From Vicugna vicugna (Eukaryota): a stretch of 64,000 nucleotides of DNA. The notes under the pieces were generated by a model. The model worked only from the letters and a program-made list of their open reading frames with translations. It searched no databases and was not told where the DNA came from. Position numbers and translations under genes: made by a program. The first letter of the stretch is position 1, and each line of letters opens with the position of its first letter. Of this stretch, positions 46,501-58,500 are shown in pieces. Where the stretch lies: assembly GCA_013265495.1 (NCBI GenBank), contig MU058009.1, positions 2,482,001-2,546,000 of the forward strand, read 5' to 3'.

Positions 46501-49500
46501 ATTACAAGCTGAAGCTGAACAGATACCCGTGATACTGGCGGCTGGAAGCTGAAATTCCTTAAGCAACGCCCCAAAACATAAGGGGTTTGGCCGGAACCAG
46601 AACGACCAAGTGCACCTGACGCCAGAGCGCCGACAGGCGTTAACGGTGATTCAGCAGAATGCTGCAGGCGAGCCGGCCGCTGTGGAGCCACCAACAGCCT
46701 TGGACTGAAGGAAGTGCTGGCGGGACAAGGGTACTTACACCAGCAGGAATTTCTTTTGTGAATTCTCCTGATGCAAACTCGCCTTACTGAGGACAGCGAA
46801 TGACACAAAGTGAGGTTCTGAATTTAAAGCAACGCTCTGTGCCTTCAGCTCCTGGCAGAAACATACTCTGCAGAAACTGTCATCAAGTCAGAACAGACTG
46901 CGAGCAGAGGACTGGCTGGCTCTCCAGGTGTCCCCGCTAACCTGGGTCACATGCCCTGCCTGGATGGAAAGCTCCCTTCTCTTGCTGTGTGGTGTCTGGA
47001 AAAGAGAGGCACCATCGGTGTAGGGGGGCTGAGGGGCTGAGTTCCCACCAGAAAGTATGCCAGGAACACAGACAAAGGCAGGGGAAGAAAGCGCAGAGCA
47101 GAGGCTGGGAAGGGGGAAGCAAAGCAGAACGAGGACTGAAAAGTGATCACAAAAGACCTCTTCCAAGAGGCACTGGAAGTGAACTGGGGCAAAGGGGGAC
47201 AAGGGGAGACTGGGACAGAGGAGCCCCACGCAGGGAACCGCCCGCCTCCGCTTCGTCCCCGGCCACCAGTGAAGCCCGGTGGCAGGTGTGGTGGCCAGTG
47301 CTGTGCTGAACACGGCCCGGCAGAGGCGGCGGGCCTGGAGGCGCGGGGCACTGACCAGCATGCCGCGTCTGCGGAAGCCCATCATGCACAGACGGCACTT
47401 GAACGTGAAGCTGTCGTAGTCGGTGGAGGTGATGCGAGGCTTGAACGTCTTGGAGCGGCTGATGCGGTCGGCTTTCTTGGCCTCCCTCTCTGGGTTGTGC
47501 ATCCTTTGCATGTGCTCGCGTAGTTTGTCTTTTCGCTATTTGGAGTTTTTGAGAAGGCAGAGGGGTGGGGAGGTGGGGGTAGAAACATTTTTAATTGAAG
47601 GGGTTAAAAAAATCCATACAAGTGAATAATAACACAACCCACCAGGAGGCGGGGAAGCTGCTGGAGGGCTGAACACAAGGACGCGGCCACAGTGGCCGGG
47701 AATTGCCCTGTGCGCTAGCAGATGAGCGCATCCCCGCGGGCCTTGGTTTAAAAGGACCTTTCGGTTTGAAGGCTACATGTGGATTTCTGAGAAGACTTTG
47801 CATTTATATAGAAGAGATTTCAGGGCACAAGGAGTAAGTCTGGTATTAAGAACCGTAAGACAAGTTGATAATGAATGGCAGGTAAGACTGGATTTACAGA
47901 GCCGTGTGTATACTCAGTCCCCACACATTTTAACACACATCATGACATTCCTCTAAATCCCAAATGAATTCGAGGAAGTCTCTCTCATCATACGGATTTA
48001 GAAGTTCAGGCGAGCTGTCACACTGCCGGCTCTGGGTAGGGTACACGGTCTGGGTCACAGCTCTCACTCTGATGATCTAATCTAGGGCGCACATTGATGT
48101 GACTCCACAGGGAGAAAAACGAGGCAGAGCCCATCACGAATAAAAACAAATTCCAAAAATGCCAGCTCCCTCATCCAGTGAGGCTCTGCTCTTGGACATA
48201 TCATTAAACTGTTACTGGTCATATAAAGATTTTGAACCTTTCCACCAGACCAGTTCTTTCCACATTTTGGTATGGGGACTTTCCTGTAACCACTTCCCTG
48301 CTCAACACATTTATTTAACAACATTTCCTGAACACCCACCAGGCATTGAGAACCATGCTAAGTTCAGAGGGGCAATGCTTGGCTCCCCACCTGCTCTCTC
48401 TTCTGCTACAGTGGATGTGACCCAACTGCTCTTTCTTCCTGCCCCACCCACCCTCATCCCTGGAACTTCACAGTTCCTCACGTGCAATAAAATTTGGATT
48501 AAAAACATGGCCCTATGCTCACTTCAGCAGCACACATACTAAAATTGGAATGATACAGAGAAGATTAGCATGGCCCCAGCAAAAAGATGACATGCACATT
48601 TGTGAAGCATTCCATATTTTTTTTTCACAATAGCCAAGACGTGGAACCAACCTAAATGTCCATCAACAGATGACTGGATAAACAAGTTATGGTATAGTCA
48701 TACAATGGAATACTACTCAGTCATAGAAAAGAACAAAATAATGCCATTTGCAGCAACATGGGTGGACCTAGATATTAACATATTGAGTGAAGTAAGTCAG
48801 AGAAAGACAAATATCATATAATACCACTTAGATGTGGAATCTAAAATATGACACAAGTGAACTTATTTATAAAACAGAGACAGAATCACAGATATAGAGA
48901 AAAACTTATGGTTACCAAAGAGGAAAGGGGATGGAGGGATAAATTAGGAGGCTGGGATTAGCAGATACAAACTACCATATATAAATTAGAAAAATAACAA
49001 GGTCCTACTGTACAGCACAGGGAACTATATTCAATACCTTGTAATAACCTCTAATGGAAAAGAATGAGAAAAAAATATATATGTGTATGACTGAATCCCT
49101 TTGCTGTATGCCAGAAAATAACAACATTGTAAATCAACTATACTTCAATTAAAAACAAAAGACATAAAACACCGTGATAAATAACAGCATTTCTCCTTAG
49201 TCCAGATACAGCAATAAAGCTCACTGCCACCTCAGACTTCCACTCCATTTCCACTTTTTCCTACGCATCGGTCTTCACTGATTTACCCCCCACCCCATTC
49301 TCCTTAAACAGACGGATCTATTTTAAATGAATCACTACTTGAATCCCGAAGCCTAATACAAATCCTGCACTGTGCTACGCACGCAGTCTGCTGAACGCCA
49401 GCTCTCCAGAAGGCCCTCCAACCCTGCCCGCTCCGAAACCAAATTCGCCTCCCCCTCCCCTCCTGCCGCAGGCCTGCGCCTGCATCCGCAGTCCTGCCCA

Positions 49501-52500
49501 CCTACGAGTCTCCGTTCCTCGCAGTCCACCCTCCACTCTTTCATCCGGACACACGGTCCCAACGGCTCTCCCTCAGCGCCTGTCTGGGATTCGGGCCCTT
49601 CCCCACGCCCACTGCCTGAGCCTCGGTCAGGCCGCTCCAGGATGCCCACGGGTTCACAGCACCAGAAGTCTAATCACTCAGCGGCAGAAGCTGGCTAAAC
49701 CTGCTTCTGTGGCCTCGTCTCGCCACGGGCCTCTTGCCCGCCCTCCATCCACCCCACCTCTCACCCTCTCTGTCTGCCTCAATGCCCCTCCCTCGGCCCG
49801 CATCCTGGCCCTGTGTCTAGCGGGCTAACTGCCCCAGCCTGTGGTGCATTCAAAAGCATCGCCTTACCCATGAAGTTTCCCCTTCACCCCAAATCAAAGG
49901 TAATCCTTTCATGACATTTTCTCCTTTTCTCTATGGCAATAGCAATAACTTTTTAATGCACGGGTCTCGCTTTCCCATAAAGCTGTGAGCTTCTGAACTT
50001 CAGGGTGTCTTTACATGCACTGCCCGTGTGGGGCTCCCTTAGCAGGACAGCTACGATGCGGCAGGACCAGTGCTGTGACGGGGTCACGGGTAACAGGCCA
50101 GGTGGGAACCACAGGAGAAGCACTTAATCCAGTGTGAGTTGGTGGGGGGGTGGACAAGAAATGCCCCACACAAAGTGACATCAGCCAGGTAGGATGACAA
50201 AAAAGGGCATGAAAGTTCATTTCAACAGGGGGTGGGAAGGAGAGCAAATGCGCCCAGGACAGAAGGCAGGCCGGGCAGTAGGGCGCTCAGGACGGTACAG
50301 GACAGCCCAAGCCCAAAGCGGAGGGCACCGCAGCGTTACTCATGCCGGCTCTTGCCGTGTCTTTCAGAGATAAGCACCGTGGAGCCCATCTATGCAAAGG
50401 GCTGTTGAAAGGTCTTTCACGAGGGACACGACACCAGGTTTGTTCTCTGAAGAATCACTCTGGTTATCGTCTGAAAATGGACTGAAGGTTTGCGGTGATT
50501 TGGTACCTTGTCCGCTTGGCTCAGGGAACCACCCTGACACGGGTCCCCTTCCCAGCGTGGTCCCAGCTTGGACTCAGCCGGGAGGTGGGTCAGATGCAGA
50601 GGTGCAGGACACCCCTCCACCCTTGCTTGCCCTCTTCCTGACGGCCAGCCCTTGGCCAGCTCCACGTCCACCACCACATGCAGCAACACAGCAGCTCGCT
50701 GTCAAGGGCCCCCTACACAGGGAGGTGCCTGCGTTCCCAGACCCCGGGTCAGTCCCATTTGTCCACACTGACCAGGGCTTCACAAGGGAGACCTTTCTCT
50801 GATCCTCCAACTTGTCCCCTCAGACCCTTCTCCATCTTCTCCTGTCACTAAGTTTCTGTAAGAAATCCTACATTTCCTGTGAGAAATCCCTCACTCCACA
50901 ATACTCCTGGTGGGTTTGCTTCCCTGATTGAATCCTGGCTAATGTATTGGGAGAATGTAAAGGAGAAAATGAAAGCAGAAAGATTTTTTATGTGCCTTGT
51001 AGCTAAAATGATATCTGGCACAGAACAGATAATCAAAAAGTGCTGAATGAACAGGATAAATGGCCAGCCAGCATCACAAGACAGGGATGCTTTCCGACAC
51101 ACTGCTGCTGTTGCTGCTTTTAATTAAGAAACAGGAAAAAAAAAAGTAGCTCCATTTATACTTTTCACACTGGAGTTCTCTACAGAGATCTAAATCACGC
51201 TACTATGTGCAAGTCATGGAGATGGAGATTATATTCCACAACGCACACACTGCAAAACTGAAGACTTGACAATTACTTTCTATTTCTTTTAATGTCTCCA
51301 CATTCTATACAAATGCATCCTTTTAAAATTAGTTCTCCCCCATGAACCCACTTCTGCCCCTTTGCCAGTTTCTGTGACAGCCTGACCTGCCCTCACGTTC
51401 TGGAGTGTCTCTCGGTGACATCTCTGCAGGATCAGCTGGTTTCCCAGTGAAGTGAATTTTACCATTCTCACATTTATTTGTTTACCTCTGATTCCTGAGT
51501 CTCCCGTGGGTTTTTCCTTTGCTTCCTTCTAAATTCCAGGCATGTTACTGATATTTATTACTTGTTATCTTAATCCTGGAAGTCATTAACATTCCCCAGA
51601 GTAGTCTAACCCCTCTCAACATTCCACTGCTGAATGGCAGTCCTGACGCCCCACGGCTCCATTTATCAGGCTCTTGTATTTAATAAGTGCTCAATAAAAA
51701 TCTCTTGATCTGGTAGGTAAACGTACTGTCCTCTTAGGAATTCCTCGATAGCGATGTAGTTCTATTCATTATACACTTGGACTCTTGTAGGAGATGCATT
51801 ACTACTCTGGGGATGTGAAGTCATTATTTTGGGAAATTAAAGTGAGCTTTCCCCTTAATTTTATTATCATAACTAAATCAACCATGAGGCACAAACTTCA
51901 AGTCCAGTCGGCTCTTGGAGTGGCGGTAACAGGTGACCTGAGCAGGCGTTCACCCTCAGAGCGACAATTCCAGGGGCCCCAGAGCACCCAGCCTGCTTGC
52001 TGGTTACGTACCTTGAACTGCTTCCCGCACGTGGAACACAAGAAATCCTTGCGGTCCGAGTGCCGGAGCATGTGCAGCCGCAGCTTGTCAGGACGGCAGA
52101 AAGCCTTGTCGCACTCGGTGCACTGGTAGATCTTCTCCGAGTGGAAGCTTCGCACGTGTTTCTTCACCTGGCAGTGAAGGCGCGGCGTCAGGGCGCGGGC
52201 ACCACCAACAGACGGCAGCCCCTGGACGCTAGAGGGCGCCAGACGCACGGCCGTGCACCCCGCTCACCTGGCCTGCGGACCCATCGGGGGCCAGGGCAAC
52301 ACCACCCCCTCACGTCGCGGAGAAACAGGCGAGGGACCACAAAGCCTTAGAAACCCCGACCCCGCCGGCCTTGAAGAGGAGGGAGAACGTGCTTGCCTGG
52401 CCCAGGCCCTGATCACATGGGACTCATTTCTCTTTTTTTTTTAAGATTAAAAGCAACAGTTCCTTTGGATTTAAATGGATCGTGGTAAAAATTATCAGAA

Positions 52501-55500
52501 GACAAAAAAAAAAATCCTTTCTCACTTTTTCCTGCCTCCAACATGTATAGAAGCAATTTAGCCCCCTGAAGTAACTGGTCCTTTTACATCACTCTATAAA
52601 ATCAGGTTCTGAAGAACTAAAGACATGAATTAGACGATATAAAATACATTACCTACTTATGAGAACAATACAACACCAGCGTCATTTCCCCTTAATTGGG
52701 ATTTATCTCCTGTTTCAGACAACTTAAACAAAGGGATACAGCCTCTGAGCTCTCTTAGCCATAAACATCCAGTGAAGAAGAGATGGGCGCTAAGCAGTGA
52801 GTCACATCCAACCCTTCCTGTAAGACATTTTCCTTCATCATTTTTGGAGTCTCTTTTGCCGTTAAGTTCTGCCTTAGAGCAACTTTTCTAATTGTTTGTG
52901 TGAAGTGAGAAAATCACCAAGGCTCCCAACACTAGCAGAACTACGATTAAACCCTCGTCTCCTTTTCCTTTGGTAATTAAAAAAGAGAATATTTTTACTA
53001 GATATTTAGATTTCATCATTCATTCACTAGCATATAATAATATCACTCGAAATCCCAATGAAGTCATGAACATTCTAGAATGTATCCTCATTCATTTTGC
53101 TGCAGAATATAATACAGGGGAAGAGGTCAGTGCTTAACACAAAAGCGTAACATGCGCCAGCTTTCTGTCTCTCCCTTCAAAATGCATCACCTTAGTGGCA
53201 CAAGACAGCAAACCGCAGCAGCAGGAGACAATGTTTCCAGGCCAGGAGATGGGAGGATGTCTTCTCCAGGCTCCATACATTTTGTGAGTCGTGGGTAGTG
53301 GCAAGCACTAAGAAAGACTTCTTTAAAAATTATAACCAGATCTGGGTGTTGCTCACCGGTAATACAACTTGAATGTTTAAATGCTAATGTCTTATCTGGA
53401 CAGTTAATCATAATAACTTTTGTTTATCATAAGTAGTTTGAGTGAAGACATATCATTCTCAATTATAAAGTCGCTTCAAAGAAGGGATGAAAATGCAGAT
53501 AGGCAGTCTCAACTTTCCAAAAGTCGAAACTTCTTCCACCAAAAAAAAAAAAGAAAGAAAGAAAGGATACAGTCACCTGAGTAGGAGACACTCACCTGGA
53601 TAAAATCTGGGAACCGTTTCTTGCAAGTGGGGCAGGTGAAGTAGCCATCGCTGATGTGAATGGCCACGTGATCTTTCAACAAATCAAGGCGGTCAAAGGA
53701 TTCTGGGCAAAAAATGCAAGAGTAAGTCTTCTGGTCCGAGTGGAGCTTCATGTGGCTCTCCAGGGACGCGCTGCTGATGAAGCCCTTGTTACAGAGGTCA
53801 CAGGTCAACGGGCAGTTCCCTTCCCGCCCGTGGAAGCGCAAGTGCTGGTCCAGTTTGTCCTTTTCGCGGAAGGCCTTCCCACACTGCAAACATTTAAAAG
53901 GCCGGAAGGACTTCCGGATAAACAGGTGCTGGAGAGCTGCATTCTGAAAGACACACACAAATGAGACTACTCAGTGAGTAAACGGAGCGTGCAGGCAGCT
54001 CGCGCATCGACGGGGAAAGAGGGTGCTCTGTGCCATCACAGACTTTCCATAGACATTGAACTTCAGGACACAGCTGAAAGAAGATTTTTCTGGTGAAGAC
54101 ATTAAAAATGAAGCCATCCCCAAAGAAGTTCATCTGGAAAAGACAAATGTTTGTGTTCTGCTTTATGTCTATGTATGTCTATTTTATTTTGAAAGGATCT
54201 AGGTAATGTTCAATAAAGTATTCCCAACAGAGGACTTACATAATAAAAAAAAATCTCAGAGTGAAATATAGGATAAAAATCAAAGATTGGGAAGAAATGA
54301 CTTGGGATAAATCACGCATGCATGATGAGGTTGGAGTGAGTCAGCCAAATGTTACTTGCCGAAGTCCTCAAGAAGAGGGACTTGAAGCTTGATTAAAACA
54401 TTTAGCAAAAATAAAGATAACAGAAAGAACTGAAGCGTAGCACTTGCCAGGGGCTGGGGGAAGGAGGCAGTGGATGTGCGGCTTCGTTGGAGGGTGATGA
54501 GAATGTTCTGGAACTAGGTACAGGTGATGGTTGTAACACTTTGGGAGTATTCTAAAAACCACTGTGAAAGAGTGAATTCTATGGTATGTGAGTTGTGTCT
54601 CAATCTGTGAAAAAGAACTGAAAGAGAACAAAGGATACGGATTTAGGCGAACATGTTTGCGGCTGAGACAAGATATAAAAGCACACGTTGTCGGTGGAAT
54701 AGGAGCACTGATCACTCCCTACTCAGGAAAGCAGAGGACAGGTTCTCAGCGAAGGCAGTCAGTTCCATTGGTTAGAATGCCATGCTGACACGGTTAAGCT
54801 TCTCTCTTTGTTTCCTGTCTAGACCCATCAATTTTGCTCTCTTTCTTCTTTTTTTTTTTTTTTCAGTCACAGATTGCACTTCTGATGGTGATCAGCCACC
54901 TTGTAAATTCATGCAATTGTTACAGGGAACTCAAGTGAGAGCGTATGGATACTCAGCACAAATTCATCACTACTGCTGGGAAGGCAACTCATGCTCCACT
55001 GAGAGCAAATCAACAGAATCATCTTTCACACAGAGAATCATAATCAGTATTTCAGCTCTACTATAATGAAGATGCATTCATAAATTCCTCAAAACATCCA
55101 GGGGAAAGCTCTAGAAAGCTATGAGGGGAAAAAAAAAATCCCATCTGTGAGTGGGTCTGCTTAGGGAACTGCAAGAGAACAGCAATTAAAGGACTAATGC
55201 AGATTTTAGTGCATTATTTGTGCAATGAAAAAAGCACAATGAACAATGCTTAAACCCTTAATTTCAAATTACTTACGAGCAGCAATTTCTGAACTAAATT
55301 TAATATGAAATAATCATTTCAGAGAAAAGCAAAAATAATTATTTTTGATTTAGTGAAAATTCTAAACAGTCACTGTATAACAGAAAACATCTTTCTCGCA
55401 GCTTCTCTAACAGGGCTGGGGAAGATCTTTTACCTACTCATTCATTCTGAGTAGATAAATTTAACAATTCTGTTGTCTTTCCAAGTTGACTGAGGTTGCA

Positions 55501-58500
55501 ACATATTTTCTTCTCTTTTGTATCTAGATCTCTTAAAAAATAGCTCAATTAGCTCAGAGGAAGTGGTCAATAAAAGTTTGCAAATTAATGAAATGCATTT
55601 CATATGAAAATCAAAAAGAATTAGTTCAAGATCTTTTCTGTAGCATCGGAAGAGATCGTACAGAACGGAACTTTTTTCAGATCAGCCACAGAGCTTTCTT
55701 TCACTTCATCATACTGCTTGGCAGTCCCCTGATCTTTTCACTCTATCCGGACAGATACTCATTTTACATAAAAGCTCTCACTATCCTGGCTACAAATATC
55801 TGCAAATGGACAAACACTACCATGAGGCTCCGAGACTCAGGACTGAGAGTTCTTGGGGGTGTAAACACCATTTCCTTTACCCAAGTTCAGTGACGTTTCC
55901 ACGGGCAGACACAACGCTCACACTGATCCGGGACCCGCTTCCCCTCGGGTGGCAAACCTGGAACTCGGTTTTGTTTTGCTCCATGATGCTAATAAGTCTT
56001 CTGTCAGCTCTGATTGGGGTGAGTGTCCTCAGACACTTGATCAAGCCCAGCAGCCACCGGGCTCCACTTTCCCAGCTCTACAGACAAACCGTGTTCTTAT
56101 CTCTCTTTGATTTTCTCAGAGCCCCGAACACTGGGTATCAAGAGCTAGATGGTGTTTCTCTGATCTAGTGGTCCTCACGTAATCCTCTTGGGACAAGGTG
56201 GTGGGCCCGCTGAAACTGTCCCCACGCCTGACCTGCCTGCGGGCCATCTCTGCGCTCCAGTATCTTCTGCAGTTCAGAGCAGCAGTCGGTACACATTTTC
56301 TAGCAGAAATCACGAGGAAGGGAGGAAGCAGCACAGACAGGCCCCGGGGATGCAGTCGGCCAGCCACTCGGCCCTAGATGGCACACATGCTACCCTGAAG
56401 CTGCTCAAGTGGTAGAGCTCCTAAAACCTGTGGCAAGGGGTTCGACTCAAACTGAAATGAATTCTGACACAACAGATTCTCTGCAGACAGAAACCACAAT
56501 ATGTTTCACAAGTTTGATATTAATAGCTCAAGGCACCTAAATTACTGACCAATCTTCATATTATTTGAACCCTGACGCTAAAAGGAAATCAATCATGTCC
56601 GTTGTTGGCCTTTTTTCCTTTTGAACTTTTCTGTGGACTGTTTTGTTTTCAAAACCTTTTTTGGCATACCCTGCACAATATATCTCGCTCTCCACTGTCC
56701 TCCAGTCGGCGCCCGTGCTGGGGTCACGCTCACGTGTGCCCTGTCCCATGGCCGCACCAAGCACAGTCCCGTGTCTCGGCCCTCTGCGCGGTGGCGGCCT
56801 TCCTCTCAGACAGTCTCCCTTCCTCCTGCCTCTCTTTCAAGGACCAGCTGAAGTCTCACTTCATCTGTGAACTAGTCCCTGACTTCCTCTTTCTTTGGCC
56901 TTTTACTCTTCCAACTTCCTGGAGCAGCTACAGGTTATCCCTTTAAATTTAGCACTTCACTGGGACCCACCTTACCCGAACATCGTCTCCCTAATTAGAC
57001 GGTAAGATCCCGGAGGACAGGACGCAGGTGAAAACTCTATCGTGTACCAGGCGCAGCGCTGAATGTACGGCTAGAGCTCAGTGCCACTGCAGAGGTCACT
57101 CAGCTGTTTCGGAGCCAGAAGGGACCTTGGACATCACTTAGTCCTGCCCCTTGTTCTGTGCATGAGCACAGAGTATACTGACTGACTGTTGGAAAATAAA
57201 TGATCACTATGCATTAACTAATTTGCATTGACTGTAGCAACCAAATTGTCGTTTCTACCAGGACTTAGTAAGTACAGGTTGCAAAGAACAGCAGGTCAGG
57301 CAAACACTTAAATAACATTTTGTTATGTGAGTGAAACACAGGAAACAAACGTACCTGCAGCTCCAACTGAGCAGGCAGCATTAGAGGAGAGAAAAATAGT
57401 TACATTACCAATGGGGTTGGAAGGCTTCCCTTCAGTTGGTCATTACCAATCTGGATAGAAAAGATGAAAAAATACATAGCCCTGCTTTTTAGAATGTGTG
57501 AGAGGAAAAAAAAAAATAGCTCAGCTATGACTGACCTCCAACAGCCACCTGCACAGGGCTCTCGCTCGGACACAAGGAATCTCATAGCAAAACCAGTCAC
57601 CCAGCTCATTCCAGAGCACAAGTACGAGCACAGCCGTGCTGCGTCTGCACCCACTCACCTCACTGGACATGTGGGCTCTAGTTTCTTCCTTCAGAAAAAT
57701 TAAATCTAGGAAGCATTTCTCTGGACTTAGTGAAAAATCCAAGTGGCCAAAGCAGAAAAGACAGTCACTGAGCAAGAGAGTGGAATGCAAGATCGGGGAA
57801 TCATGTAGCATGATGGACGGAAGGTACGCGTAGCTTTCTGCCTTTCTGGTCTGTATTTATGTATGTTTACTCATCCTTCTGAAACAGTATTCATGGAGCC
57901 ACCAGTTTTATAAGTTTCCATAAGCGGAACCTTCATGAAGCCTATTTAGCCTCAGAGTCCGTCTAAGCTGTCACATGGTCCAAATATTTAAATGTATTTT
58001 TACAGGAAGGCACGAGCTAGACTATTTTTCAAGGTCCCTTCTAGCCTACAGGCAAATAAGACCAAAAGAAACATAAGCTAAAATGATCATCCATTTAGAA
58101 ACTATAACACCTGGGAAGCTGTACAAACAGTCTCTTCACCCGCACATAAGGAACTAAGGAGAGAAGTCTTTGAACACCCTGCTGCCGTGACCTCGGGTTT
58201 AAGTAACGTTTCTAGATATAAGCTGTCAGCACCAGCACTTTTCCCACAAAACCACGCTGCTCTCCACGTGCGTCCCCGGCGGGCCAGGAGCTACCCCAGC
58301 GCCATCTGTGACACGGGGATGAAACACTCAAGCCGGCAGCCACGGGGCCCTGCAGCTGCGAGGCCCAAAGTCAAGACGCAGGTCAGGCAGGTGAGCCACT
58401 GCCCGCCCTGCGAACCTGGCGCTTAGCTCCACTCTCCCTGGTGTGCAGGCTGCACTTGGCACATCAACTCGGACACTGGTCCCTCTGCTCCGATGAGGAA

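Noticed and set aside
48515..48621. Functional U6 gene
   Set aside because: No recognisable PSE/TATA upstream, all CpGs decayed, fused to L1.
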